Positions 18,106-28,878 of a stretch of 64,000 nt of DNA are shown here, one piece after another; positions within the stretch are counted from its first letter, which is position 1, and every line of letters starts with the position of its first letter. Below the pieces are notes generated by a model. The model had not been told where the DNA came from. It did not search any database and worked only from the letters and a program-made list of their open reading frames with translations. Made by a program: the position numbers and the translations under genes. Source of the stretch: a bacterium (GTDB lineage: Bacteria; UBA8248). Location of the stretch: positions 2,720,001 to 2,784,000 of the forward strand of contig OZ253442.1 in the NCBI GenBank assembly GCA_965261085.1, written 5' to 3'.

Positions 18106-19371
18106 ATGGCAACCACCATCCGTCCCATCGTGCAAGGCACTCTGCCCAAGCGCCGGATTCGCGTAAAGGGCAGAGGCCTGAAGGGCGAGATGATCGGCTT
18201 TTGCCGAATTCTCAGGCGCGCGGGTCTCAAGATTACCTCCGGCCGCATCATCGACGTGTTCCGCAGTTTCGACTCGCTCGAGGCCACGAATCTCGACAAC
18301 ATCTATATCGCCAGCAAGTCGAATCTCATCTCAAGCCAGGATGAGAGCATGATATTCGACGCCGTGTTCCGGCAATACTGGTTCGATGAGGAAGGAAATC
18401 CTTACTCGGGCGACGAATCGGTACAGGTTGACACGCAATTCGAGGAAGAAGGCGAAGGACAGGCCGACGAGGGGGGCGGAACTTCGGAGGAAGGAGAATC
18501 GGACGCCGAAGGAGAGGGGCAGGAAAACCCGGGACTTCCCTCTGAAGATGACGTGGAGAGCGCCGCCGAACCCGGTGAGCAGGGAGATGACGACGAGGGA
18601 GTGCCCTCTTACAGTCCCGCCGAAGTCATATCGGACAAGGATTTTTCCGCGCTGAACATGGACCAGGTCGCCGAACTCAGGCGCCTCATTGCAAAACTCG
18701 TCCCCAAGCTCGCCACCAAAATCAGCCGCCGCAAACGGCCCGACATGCGCTCGCCTGAAATCGACATGAGGCGAAGCGTAACGAGAAGCGTTCGCTCGGG
18801 CGGCGAGGTGCTGAAACTTTTCCGCCGGAGAAGAAAGATACAAAAAACCCAGATCGTGCTGATCTGCGACGTATCTGGGTCGATGGACAGCTACAGTCAG
18901 TTCCTGATTCAGTTCCTCTACAGCCTGCAAAACGAGATTAAATCGCTGCGCACCTTCGTATTCAGCACGCGTCTTTCGGACGCAACGCCGTATCTGCGCC
19001 ACAAGGACGTCAACACCGCCCTCAAGCGCCTCTCCATGGAGGTGCACGACTGGAGCGGCGGCACGCAGATCGGCAACTGTCTCAAAACCTTCAACTATGA
19101 ATACGGCAGAACCATCCTCAACAGCCGCACCATTGTTATTATCATATCGGACGGCTGGGATCGGGGCGATACGGATACGCTGGGGGAGCAAATGACTCGC
19201 CTCAAGAAAAACTGCCACAAACTCTTCTGGCTCAATCCTCTGCTGGGTAGCCCCGGCTACCGCCCGATTGACAGGGGAATGAGAACGGCCCTGCCCTATT
19301 GCGACGAGTTCCTGGCCGCCCACAACCTCGACAGCCTGGTGGACATGACGAACAGGATCGCGCGCATATAA
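18106..19371 (+). CDS. VWA domain protein (CoxE-like)
   Basis: MIDAS DVSGSM, FVFSTRL, DWSGGTQIG, SDGWDRG, WLNPL; acidic linker. Confidence 0.92.
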   Translation: MATTIRPIVQGTLPKRRIRVKGRGLKGEMIGFCRILRRAGLKITSGRIIDVFRSFDSLEATNLDNIYIASKSNLISSQDESMIFDAVFRQYWFDEEGNPYSGDESVQVDTQFEEEGEGQADEGGGTSEEGESDAEGEGQENPGLPSEDDVESAAEPGEQGDDDEGVPSYSPAEVISDKDFSALNMDQVAELRRLIAKLVPKLATKISRRKRPDMRSPEIDMRRSVTRSVRSGGEVLKLFRRRRKIQKTQIVLICDVSGSMDSYSQFLIQFLYSLQNEIKSLRTFVFSTRLSDATPYLRHKDVNTALKRLSMEVHDWSGGTQIGNCLKTFNYEYGRTILNSRTIVIIISDGWDRGDTDTLGEQMTRLKKNCHKLFWLNPLLGSPGYRPIDRGMRTALPYCDEFLAAHNLDSLVDMTNRIARI

Positions 19372-19451
19372 AAACTCTTCTTTTCTTCGCACCTCGTCTG
19401 GTTGCATAAATTACACTTTTATTGGCCTGCTTTCGCGGACAGGGAACGGAA

Positions 19452-20114
19452 TTGGCGAATCTACTGATTTACACGGCAGACAATGGGTTCGCGGATGCGC
19501 TCGGGCGAGCCCTGAGGCGTGAAGGCCATTTCTGCAAAATGGTGCAGAACGAAACCACGGCTTTACAGGAGGTGCGCGCCAGAGGTCTGGCCCTCATCTT
19601 GCTCGATGACGCCCCCGCACTGCCCAAAGTGGAGGAAATGAGGAGCTGGACCACGTTGCCGATCCTCCTGCTCCTCGAACCGGACCGCCTTGGCGTCATT
19701 CGCACACCCAGCGAGGCCGACGACATACTCGTGAAACCCGTACGGGAAGAAGAGCTTTTGTATCGCGTCCGCAACCTGTGCCATCGCACCACCCATGAGG
19801 TCGAGGGAGGCCGCACCCTCAAGAGCAAGGGTTTAACGCTCGATGAGAGCCGCTACGAGATCAGGCTCGATGGAGAGTTGATCGACCTGACGTACCGCGA
19901 ATTCGAGCTTTTGAAGCACCTCATCAACAATCCCGAGCGCGTCTTCGACAGGGAGCAGCTCCTGAACCTCGTCTGGGGGATCGACTATCTCGGAGGCCCG
20001 CGGACGGTCGACGTTCACGTCCGCCGCATCCGCGCGAAAATCGAAGTCAAGGGATATTCGTTTATTTCCACGGTGCGGGGGGTCGGGTACAAGTTCATCG
20101 GAGAATCATTGTGA
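19452..20114 (+). CDS. OmpR/PhoB-family response regulator with atypical receiver, GlnR-like
   Basis: Winged helix DLTYREFELL...FDREQLL..VWG.DYLGGPRTVDVHVRRIRAK...TVRGVGYKF; degenerate receiver; directly upstream of glnA. TTG start approximate. Confidence 0.85.
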   Translation: MANLLIYTADNGFADALGRALRREGHFCKMVQNETTALQEVRARGLALILLDDAPALPKVEEMRSWTTLPILLLLEPDRLGVIRTPSEADDILVKPVREEELLYRVRNLCHRTTHEVEGGRTLKSKGLTLDESRYEIRLDGELIDLTYREFELLKHLINNPERVFDREQLLNLVWGIDYLGGPRTVDVHVRRIRAKIEVKGYSFISTVRGVGYKFIGESL

Positions 20115-20142
20115 CGCCTGAATCTTCTGCAACTTTTCCGGC

Positions 20143-20190
20143 GAGACGAAAAACCGACGCTGCGAAACCGGCACGAAACATTCACGATAT
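20143..20190 (+). promoter_or_regulatory. Candidate GlnR-type direct-repeat operator upstream of glnA
   Basis: GAAAC (20164)-n6-GAAAC (20175)-n6-GATAT (20186), 11-bp period; GAGAC at 20143. Confidence 0.4.
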
Positions 20191-20234
20191 AGGCTGAATT
20201 GCTTTGAGGAGAAGTATCGGCTTATCTGGAGTTC

Positions 20235-21584
20235 ATGATGCCTGACGCATTTGGTGATAAAGATCGGGAATTCGTAATCAATCAAGCCCGCGAACTCGGC
20301 GTGCGTTTCATCCGCATGTGGTTCACCGACATACTGGGTTTCCTGAAAAGTTTCGCCGTCACCATAGAAGAACTGGAAAATGCGCTTTATGAGGGGCATC
20401 TTTTCGATGGGGCCGCCATACAGGGTTTCGCGCGCATCGAGGAGAGCGACATGTTCGCCCACCCCGATCCCACAACGTTCTGCGTACTGCCCTGGCGTCC
20501 GCAGGATGGCGGCGGCGTCGCGAGAATGTTTTGCGACATCAAAGACCCCGACGGCAACCCCTATGAAAGCGACCCGAGATTCGTGCTCAGGCGGACCCTT
20601 CAGAATGCGGCGCAAAAGGGATTTACGTTTTACACAGGCGTGGAATATGAACATTACTATTTCAAATCCCCCGAACCGCCGGTTGAAACGCTCGATAAGG
20701 GCGGATATTTCGACCTCACTCCCCTCGACATCGCGAGCGATTTAAGGCGCGAAACGGTGCTGAATCTCGAGAAGATGGGCATCGGGGTCGAATACAGCCA
20801 CCACGAAGTCGGGCCCAGCCAGCACGAAATCGATTTGCGCTACGGCGATGCGCTCACGATGGCGGACAACTCGATGACCTACCGGCTCGTCGTCAAGGAA
20901 ATCGCCATGCGGCACGGTGTTTACGCTACTTTCATGCCCAAGCCACTCTCTGAGGAGAACGGAAACGGTATGCACACCCATCTCTCCCTGTTCCAGGGTT
21001 CGACGAACGCGTTCCACGACCCCGAAAAACCGGGCGGGCTCTCAGATACATGCCAGGCGTTCATCGCCGGTCTCTTGAAATACGTCCCCGAGATGACGCT
21101 CGTCCTCAACCAATGGGTGAACAGCTACAAACGCCTGGTCCCCGGTTTCGAGGCGCCCACCTATGTTACATGGGCGCATAAGAGCCGCAGCGATCTGATC
21201 CGCATCCCCAGCACGCGCAAGGGCATGGAATCCGACACGCGCATCGAATTGCGCTCGCCGGACCCGGCGTGCAACCCCTATCTGGCTTTCGCCTGCATGC
21301 TGGCGGCCGGAATGGCGGGAATCGAAGAAGGCCTGCAGCCGGTCCCCGCCTCGGAAGAAAATGTATTTGAAATGAGTGAGGAAAAGCGTCGGGCAAAAGG
21401 CATCAAAAGCCTACCGGGGAATCTGCGGGAGGCCACGGTGCTGGCCGAGCAGAGCGATTTACTGAGAGGCGTGTTCGGGAGCCAGCTTTTCGAGAAATTC
21501 ATCGAGAACAAAAAACTCGAATGGGCGCCCTATCGCGCTCACGTCTCGGATTTCGAACTCAACAAATATCTCTCCATTCTTTAA
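20235..21584 (+). CDS. glnA: Glutamine synthetase type I (GSI-alpha-like)
   Basis: FDGAAIQGF, EESDM, HHEVGPSQHEI, ATFMPKP, NGNGMHTHLSL, NSYKRLVPGFEAP, RIELRSPDPACNPYL. Confidence 0.95.
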   Translation: MMPDAFGDKDREFVINQARELGVRFIRMWFTDILGFLKSFAVTIEELENALYEGHLFDGAAIQGFARIEESDMFAHPDPTTFCVLPWRPQDGGGVARMFCDIKDPDGNPYESDPRFVLRRTLQNAAQKGFTFYTGVEYEHYYFKSPEPPVETLDKGGYFDLTPLDIASDLRRETVLNLEKMGIGVEYSHHEVGPSQHEIDLRYGDALTMADNSMTYRLVVKEIAMRHGVYATFMPKPLSEENGNGMHTHLSLFQGSTNAFHDPEKPGGLSDTCQAFIAGLLKYVPEMTLVLNQWVNSYKRLVPGFEAPTYVTWAHKSRSDLIRIPSTRKGMESDTRIELRSPDPACNPYLAFACMLAAGMAGIEEGLQPVPASEENVFEMSEEKRRAKGIKSLPGNLREATVLAEQSDLLRGVFGSQLFEKFIENKKLEWAPYRAHVSDFELNKYLSIL

Positions 21585-21640
21585 TTTTTTTGGATAACGC
21601 CACCCCTCTCGGGAAGGAAGAAGTGAGGGAAGGAGGCGCG

Positions 21641-21970
21641 CTAGTCGGCGCAACTCTCCTCCAGCCACTCAAGGTAGGACGCACGACCCTGATCGACTGC
21701 TACGGCCAGCACCTCCGGCACGTCGTAGCTGTGAATTTCGGCCAGATGCTCGGAGAGACGTTGTAGTTTCTCTTTTGTGGTCTTCATGATGAGCAAGACT
21801 TCCGCATCGTCCTGAATCGCCCCCTCCCAGCGGTAGAAGCTGCGAACTTTCGGCACAAGATTGACGCAGGCGCACAGCTTGCGATCGAGCAATGATTTCG
21901 CAATCCGCGCTCCCTCTTCTTCAGTACCCGCCGTACTTATCACGACCCGGAACGCCCGCCCATCCTTCAT
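21641..21970 (-). CDS. cutA: Divalent-cation tolerance protein CutA
   Basis: LCACVNLVP, SFYRWEG, HSYDVPEV, YLEWL. Confidence 0.93.
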   Translation of the reverse strand: MKDGRAFRVVISTAGTEEEGARIAKSLLDRKLCACVNLVPKVRSFYRWEGAIQDDAEVLLIMKTTKEKLQRLSEHLAEIHSYDVPEVLAVAVDQGRASYLEWLEESCAD

Positions 21971-21980
21971 GGCTTTCTCC

Positions 21981-22934
21981 TCATGCGCCCAGTATCTTCT
22001 CGGCTGCGCTGTAAGGGTCCACCCTTCGCGCGGCGATGGCGTCCAAGAGTTCATCCAGTTCCCGCCCGCCTTCCGCGCCATCTCCCATGCGCTCGACCGC
22101 GAGTTCTTTCATCACCTCTGCGAGCGTGATGCGGGCGCGCTCCCGTCCCAGACGGTCGGTTTCATCCGGGTGTTCTTGCAAAAAGACCATGCGCGCCTCG
22201 ATCTGCGCGACCAATTCCTCCGTGCCCTCGCCCGTGAGCGCTTCTGTCTTCAGCACGGGAGGCCTCCATGAACCGTCGCCGGGATGGAACTTGAAGTCCA
22301 GCATTTCTTCGATTTCCATGACGGTGCGGTCCGCGCCGTCACGCTTCGCCTTGTTCACCACGAAGATATCGCCGATTTCCAGGATTCCCGCTTTCGCCGC
22401 CTGAATGTGATCCCCACCACCGGGCGTTTGGAGTAAAACGACCACATCGGCACATTGCATGATGCTCACCTCGCCCTGCCCCACGCCTACCGTCTCGATG
22501 ATCACGACGTCCCAGCCCATGGCGTCCATGACGCAGAGCGCATCTCCCGTCGCGCGGGCGAGTCCGCCCAGATGGCCGCGCGTGGCCATGCTCCGAATAA
22601 AGACTTTCGGGTCCGTATTGTGCCTGCCCATGCGGATGCGATCACCCAAAATGGCGCCTCCCGTGAACGGACTCGTCGGGTCCACCGCGATGACGCACAC
22701 CTTTTCATCCCGGCTGCGAAAGTGAGCGATCAACTGATCGGAAAGGGTACTTTTCCCTGCGCCGGGGGGGCCCGTGATGCCGATGACCAGGCTTTTTCCG
22801 CCTCTTAAATACAGTTCTTGCAGAATGGGTTTTGCGCGCGGATCATTGTCTTCGACCAGCGTGATAAGTCTGGCGGCGGGACGGACCATTCCATCGAGAA
22901 TCTGTGAGATTTGCATTTGATTTCTGTTGCTCAT
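21981..22934 (-). CDS. meaB: Methylmalonyl-CoA mutase-associated GTPase MeaB/ArgK
   Basis: GITGPPGAGKST, AVDPTSPFTGGAILGDRIRM, ETVGVGQ, VVNKA. Confidence 0.93.
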   Translation of the reverse strand: MSNRNQMQISQILDGMVRPAARLITLVEDNDPRAKPILQELYLRGGKSLVIGITGPPGAGKSTLSDQLIAHFRSRDEKVCVIAVDPTSPFTGGAILGDRIRMGRHNTDPKVFIRSMATRGHLGGLARATGDALCVMDAMGWDVVIIETVGVGQGEVSIMQCADVVVLLQTPGGGDHIQAAKAGILEIGDIFVVNKAKRDGADRTVMEIEEMLDFKFHPGDGSWRPPVLKTEALTGEGTEELVAQIEARMVFLQEHPDETDRLGRERARITLAEVMKELAVERMGDGAEGGRELDELLDAIAARRVDPYSAAEKILGA

Positions 22935-22999
22935 TTTAGATTATTTATCAATATGTTGTGGGCGTATTCTCAAGTTGTCCATAAATGGAGGAACAACCC

Positions 23000-24151
23000 T
23001 CAAGAATCGAATAGATAACGGCAGATAAGATTGCGATGCACTTCGCTCGTTCCTTCCCCGAGAGTGAACACCCGGGCATCGCGCCAGAACATCCCCGCCG
23101 GCGTTTCGCCGATATATCCATACCCGCCGTGTATCTGAATACCACTGTCGCATACGCGAAGGCAGGCTTCTGAGGCGAAAAGTTTCGCCATGGCCACTTC
23201 TTCCTTGTTATCTCCACCCTGGTCCCGGATTTTCGCCGCATGGACGACCATCTCACGCGCAGTGGCGATGTCGATGGCGCTATCGGCCATCATCCCGCGC
23301 AAGCCGGCGAAATCAGAGACGGGCTTGCCGAACGCTTCGCGCTTCTTCGCATGGGATACCGCCGCTCCGAGCGATGCCTGCGCTATCCCGACACACATCG
23401 CACCCAGCACGACTCTCCCGTCATTTAGAACCTGCATCGCCTGTCGCAGGCCGTCCCCCTCATCACCGATGAGGCGGTCCGCCGGGATCTCGCAATTCTC
23501 AAAAAAGATTTCCGCCGCACCTGATGAGCGCATCCCGAGAGGCTGGGCGACGGCGACGCTTCTGCGCCCTTCATCTCCCTTTTCTATCAAAAATGCGCTG
23601 ATGCCGTTCTTCCCCTCCGAGGTGCGCGCAAAGATGACCATGCTCTCGAAATCCATGCCTTGGGTGACGAACATTTTTGCGCCGTTGATGATAAAAGTGT
23701 CCCCTTGCCGCCTCGCCTCGCACTCGAGAGCCGCCGCGTGACTGCCGGCCACCCGCTCGGTGATCGCCCATGCGCCGATGGCGCCCTTCGTGAGAGAAGG
23801 AATACGGCTTTTTTTCTGCTCATCCGCCCCATAATGCAGCAAATGACCACCACACAGGCCCGCCGATATGCTGATCGTGAGCGCAAAACTCGGGTCGCCA
23901 CCGGCCAGTTCCTCCATGATGAGACATTCCTGAAACAATCCAAGGCCGGAACCGCCCAGACTTTCAGGTATTTTGACACCAATGAACCCCGCTTCTGCCG
24001 CGTCTTTGTACAACTCGATAGAGAACGACGCATCCCGGTCGCGCTCCAGGGCGCCTGGAGCGAGCCGTCTTTGGGAGAAGACGCTAGCCTCTTCCTGGAG
24101 GAGCGCTTCTTTTTCCGTTAATTCCGTGTTCGTCATGACAGGCAACGTCAT
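23000..24151 (-). CDS. Acyl-CoA dehydrogenase
   Basis: WAITE..AGS, INGAKMFVT, REAFGKPV, QIHGGYGY, GEGTSEV. Confidence 0.93.
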   Translation of the reverse strand: MTLPVMTNTELTEKEALLQEEASVFSQRRLAPGALERDRDASFSIELYKDAAEAGFIGVKIPESLGGSGLGLFQECLIMEELAGGDPSFALTISISAGLCGGHLLHYGADEQKKSRIPSLTKGAIGAWAITERVAGSHAAALECEARRQGDTFIINGAKMFVTQGMDFESMVIFARTSEGKNGISAFLIEKGDEGRRSVAVAQPLGMRSSGAAEIFFENCEIPADRLIGDEGDGLRQAMQVLNDGRVVLGAMCVGIAQASLGAAVSHAKKREAFGKPVSDFAGLRGMMADSAIDIATAREMVVHAAKIRDQGGDNKEEVAMAKLFASEACLRVCDSGIQIHGGYGYIGETPAGMFWRDARVFTLGEGTSEVHRNLICRYLFDS

Positions 24152-25140
24152 TATCCTCCATGCGCCTGGAGCGCCGGTATGATTTCTTCGCCTAAAAGGG
24201 TCAACCTGTGAGGGTTTGTATCCAGATCCGGTATGGTGACCAGAATGTGGTTCACGCCCGCTTTAGGATATTCCTTAAGACGCGCAATGCAATCATCAGG
24301 CGTTCCATAGACGGTCCCCGATTCCGGGATGACGCTCAATTTTTCACGAGCCACCCTCGCTACCGCCCTGTCCTTCTCGGGAATCACCATGACCATGAGA
24401 GAGGCCCTTATCGCCTCCGGGTCCCTTCCCGCTTTTTTGCATTCCGCTTCAATCACGGGTCTTTTCTCCAGAAACTGCGCAGGATTCCACCAGCGGCAAT
24501 TGTAGCCATCCGCCTGACGGGCCGAAACGCCGAGCAGTTTATCTCCCTCACCTCCCGTCCATATCGGCGGGTGCGGTTTTTGAGCAGGAGGCGGGTCGCA
24601 AACGCCGTTTTGAATTTGAAAATATCCGCCTTCGAAATGGGGGGCGGGTTCGGTCCACATCCCGCGTATCAACAGAATGGCCTCTTCGAGTTGTTTTATC
24701 CGTACGGAAGCGCTCGGATATGGATACCCGAAAGAATGGTATTCATTTTCGATCCAGCCGGCTCCAATCCCGAAATCCACGCGGCCTTTGCTGATCACGT
24801 CTACCGTCGCAGCCGTCTTCGCCAGCATGGCCGGCGGCCGATATCCCACGCACGTCACCAATGTACCCAGCCGCAGGGTTTCTGTGTCGCGCGCGAGGGC
24901 GGCCAGGGTCGTCCAGGGCTCGAGAATCGCAGTGTCGGCGGATTGTTCTTTCTCATCCTGAGCGCCGAAGCCCGTCTGGTTCCCATAGGAAGCGGGATCG
25001 AGCGTCACGAAATGATCGCAATGCCAAAGCGAACCGATCCCGATTCTCTCCGCCTCCTGGGCGATTTCCCTCAACTTCTCATAGTCGCCGATATACGTGC
25101 CTTTGAGCGTCAACGCGACGATGATACCGACTTCCAGCAT
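24151..25140 (-). CDS. Luciferase-like (LLM) flavin/F420-dependent oxidoreductase
   Basis: WHCDHF, LEPWTTLAALA, RLGTLVT, DVISKGR..GIGAGW, QKPHPPIW.GG. Confidence 0.9.
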   Translation of the reverse strand: MLEVGIIVALTLKGTYIGDYEKLREIAQEAERIGIGSLWHCDHFVTLDPASYGNQTGFGAQDEKEQSADTAILEPWTTLAALARDTETLRLGTLVTCVGYRPPAMLAKTAATVDVISKGRVDFGIGAGWIENEYHSFGYPYPSASVRIKQLEEAILLIRGMWTEPAPHFEGGYFQIQNGVCDPPPAQKPHPPIWTGGEGDKLLGVSARQADGYNCRWWNPAQFLEKRPVIEAECKKAGRDPEAIRASLMVMVIPEKDRAVARVAREKLSVIPESGTVYGTPDDCIARLKEYPKAGVNHILVTIPDLDTNPHRLTLLGEEIIPALQAHGG

Positions 25141-25263
25141 AGTGTTCCTCTCATACATACGAATACCAGAAACCTGTTTTGCGCTCTCACTTTATCAGCA
25201 TTTGGGACGCGAGACGAGCAAAATTGAATTGCTCCGCCCGGGCGGGCGACCTTTTCCTGAAAT

Positions 25264-26145
25264 CTATTTGCCCAAAACGACCCCAACGGCTCCCAGGACG
25301 GACAAGAAACCTCCGATGACGACACGCCAGCCCACCGCCTCTTGTTTTCTAAAAAACACCCAGGACAGAAAAATGATGAGCAACACCGAGAGGCGGTTGA
25401 GCGGAATAAGCTGAACGATGTCCCCTGTTTTAATGGACGACCAGAAGAAAAAAGCGGCCATGGCATTCAGGCATGCACCACACAGAACGGCCAACAAGCC
25501 TTTTTTGTCCCAAGATTTTGCTTTTCTCCCTTCCCCGGTGACAGACAAAACAATCAGCATGGAACAAAATCCCATTATGCTGGCAATCGTCATACCCAGG
25601 GAGGCGGATTTTATCACCTGTAAACCAAATTTCCCGAATATGTGCGTCATCGCGAACAGAATGGCCGTACCCAGAGGGACCACGTAATAATACAAGGGGA
25701 TGCGCTTTTGAATCTCGCCTTTTTCATACACCAGAAGAATCGAGCCCATCATGATGGCAAGCGTCCCGGCCGCGATGATCCACGTCATCTGCTCCCCTGC
25801 GAAAACCACCGCAAACAACGACGCCCACACGAGACTCGTTTGGGTGACGATGGAGGAACGCGCCAACCCCACCAGCTTCATGCCGACGAGGCTCAGGTAG
25901 CGGCCGATGAACGAGCCCGAGACACCCATGGCGGCGAACCAGAGGATACCTCCGAGCGGCCAATCCGCCACACCGCCTTCCAGGAAGTAAAAAACAGTGC
26001 CGAAACACACTTGCACGGGAGCCATGATGACGTTCATCACAACGGGACTCAGGCGCGCCACGCCTGCGCGGTAAAGAGTTCGTGCGGAAGCGATAAAACA
26101 AGCGGCGATGAGAGCCAGAATATTGGGATGGATGGAATCAACCAA
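25264..26145 (-). CDS. DMT/EamA family transporter
   Basis: About 10 TM helices in two EamA repeats; paralog of the adjacent gene. Confidence 0.85.
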   Translation of the reverse strand: MVDSIHPNILALIAACFIASARTLYRAGVARLSPVVMNVIMAPVQVCFGTVFYFLEGGVADWPLGGILWFAAMGVSGSFIGRYLSLVGMKLVGLARSSIVTQTSLVWASLFAVVFAGEQMTWIIAAGTLAIMMGSILLVYEKGEIQKRIPLYYYVVPLGTAILFAMTHIFGKFGLQVIKSASLGMTIASIMGFCSMLIVLSVTGEGRKAKSWDKKGLLAVLCGACLNAMAAFFFWSSIKTGDIVQLIPLNRLSVLLIIFLSWVFFRKQEAVGWRVVIGGFLSVLGAVGVVLGK

Positions 26146-26148
26146 CGC

Positions 26149-27036
26149 TTATCTTCCCGTCACGGTAAAGAAAGCGCCCGCAAGAGCAATCAGCGCGCCG
26201 AGGACGACGCGCCACGTCACGTTTTCCTGTTGTCTGAAGAAAAGCCACGAGAGGAAGATGATCAACAAGACGGCCAGGCGGGTTAAGGGGATGACGCGGG
26301 TGATTTCACCGAGTTTCACCGCAGACCAGAAGAAGAAAATACCGCACCCCTGCAACACGGCGCCTAGGAGGAGGACCAGAAGGCCTTTGTTGTCGCCGCC
26401 TGCGCCCGGGTTTGTTTGCCCTTGCGTGAAGGGGAGCATTCCCAACAGGATCGTGAGAGAAGTCGTGTTGGCTATCGCCATCCCGATAGCGGAGGAGGAA
26501 ATCCATTCGAATGCAAATTTTCCCACCAGATGCGCGAATGCGTACATCAGCGCGGACACGATCGGGATCAGGTAGTAATGCAGTGGAATCCTGTGACGGA
26601 CATCCCCCCTTGGACTGTAAACGAGCATGCCCGCCCCGCACATGACGCCCAAAATCCCAAGCGCTTTCTGAGGCGACATACTCTCGCCCAGTATGAAAAC
26701 GGCCAGAACCGACGACCACACCAGAACGGTCTGGTTCATCACCGCCGCGCGCGCCAGGCCTGTATAGCGGATGGCGACGAAATTGATGTATCTGCCCAAA
26801 AAACTCCCAAAAAATCCCATGGCCATGAACCAGAGAACGCCTTGGTAGGGTATCTGGTCGAGCGGGCCCTCTATCCAGTAGAAAAACCAACCGAGAGTGG
26901 TCGTCACACATGCCATAACCAGATTGGCCGTGTGCATTTTCATGCGCGGTATCGCATAGCGCTGCGAAACGCGGGCGAAGGCAATGAGCGTGGCGCAGCT
27001 GAGCGCTAAAATGTTGGGATGGATGCCGTCAAGCAA
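26149..27036 (-). CDS. DMT/EamA family transporter
   Basis: About 10 TM helices; LAVFILGES, FFRQQENVTWR. Confidence 0.85.
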   Translation of the reverse strand: MLDGIHPNILALSCATLIAFARVSQRYAIPRMKMHTANLVMACVTTTLGWFFYWIEGPLDQIPYQGVLWFMAMGFFGSFLGRYINFVAIRYTGLARAAVMNQTVLVWSSVLAVFILGESMSPQKALGILGVMCGAGMLVYSPRGDVRHRIPLHYYLIPIVSALMYAFAHLVGKFAFEWISSSAIGMAIANTTSLTILLGMLPFTQGQTNPGAGGDNKGLLVLLLGAVLQGCGIFFFWSAVKLGEITRVIPLTRLAVLLIIFLSWLFFRQQENVTWRVVLGALIALAGAFFTVTGR

Positions 27037-27395
27037 AACGTCGGCCTTTTATGAAAAACTCATTTCCCCCATGCTTCCATCATGAGACCCTGGATACGCA
27101 CGGTACTGTCGATAATCCGCCTTAGACGGCACCCGAGATTTCAAAAAACGAAGTTGAGAGTGATAAAGAGGGCTTGCAAGGACTCAGAATGTGGATGAAG
27201 GATTCCGCTCAAAGGATTTCCTAACAGGCAGTATATGGAGTAATGATTATGGCACGGAATGCGTCTTTCAGGATAGCTTCAGGCGCTATGAAACGCACGA
27301 AACGGCATGGATAGCGATTCGAGATGAGAGGGATTCGGAGGAGCCAGCCCCTAAAACCGCGTGGGCCGGCAATGAATCGAGTCTCCGGGGGACGG

Positions 27396-27860
27396 CTACA
27401 TCTCCTCTAGGCTCTTGTCGACGACTTTAGGACCTCGATATCCCAGAAGATTCTCGACGTAGGGGCAATCCTCGGGAAGAGCACCCATTTCGATGATTTC
27501 AGGGCCAATCGGCATGCACATCGGCTCTTTCTCGAAGCGATCGGCATAGACTCGACAGTGGTTCGTCTCGACTTCGAGTTGCGGGCATGCACTCGTCAAC
27601 AAGAGCAGCCTGTCTCCCTCCCACACCTTGTCGTAACAACACTTCCCGCAGCCGGTGCAAAGAGCTTCCCACTCGGGCGTGCCAACGGGAGGCAGGTTCT
27701 CGTCCATCCACCTCTGGATTTCATCCAGGCGGCGCTCTTTTTTCGTCTTGTGCATCGGGATGAGTTCGGGGCCGTCTTGCTTTCGGCCCTTTGACGCAGA
27801 TACTTTCCAGATACGGTCGCCCTTCTTCCCTTTTATTTTTAATGGCTTTATCCGTTTCAT
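27396..27860 (-). CDS. YcgN/YkgJ family cysteine-cluster protein
   Basis: WEALCTGCGKCC, AC..L....HCRVYADRF, LPEDCPY. Confidence 0.85.
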   Translation of the reverse strand: MKRIKPLKIKGKKGDRIWKVSASKGRKQDGPELIPMHKTKKERRLDEIQRWMDENLPPVGTPEWEALCTGCGKCCYDKVWEGDRLLLLTSACPQLEVETNHCRVYADRFEKEPMCMPIGPEIIEMGALPEDCPYVENLLGYRGPKVVDKSLEEM

Positions 27861-27884
27861 GGATGAGCCTTCGGTGAGGCGGGA

Positions 27885-28667
<783 letters not shown>

Positions 28668-28878
28668 TGGTTTAGAATCCTATTGCTTAAGTCTATTATC
28701 AGCAAAATACATGTACGGAAAAACCCCGCTAATTTATCGTATTTTATCGAATTTTTCAGGTTTAATCCGCCTCCAAAACCAGCATCACAGCCTGCGAGAC
28801 GAAGCGGTTATTCCATCGTCCGCGGCGCGCCCATTCCGTTCGACAAGCGCCCGGGATTCTCCACATAATCGGGAAACC

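Noticed and set aside
18400-18610. Repeat or low-complexity element inside the VWA gene
   Set aside because: Encodes an acidic Gly/Glu/Asp linker usual in CoxE-type proteins; no nucleotide-level tandem periodicity seen.
15680-19371. Aerobic CO dehydrogenase operon
   Set aside because: No coxL here, and the only large subunit in the window lacks the AYxCSFR or AYRGAGR loop.
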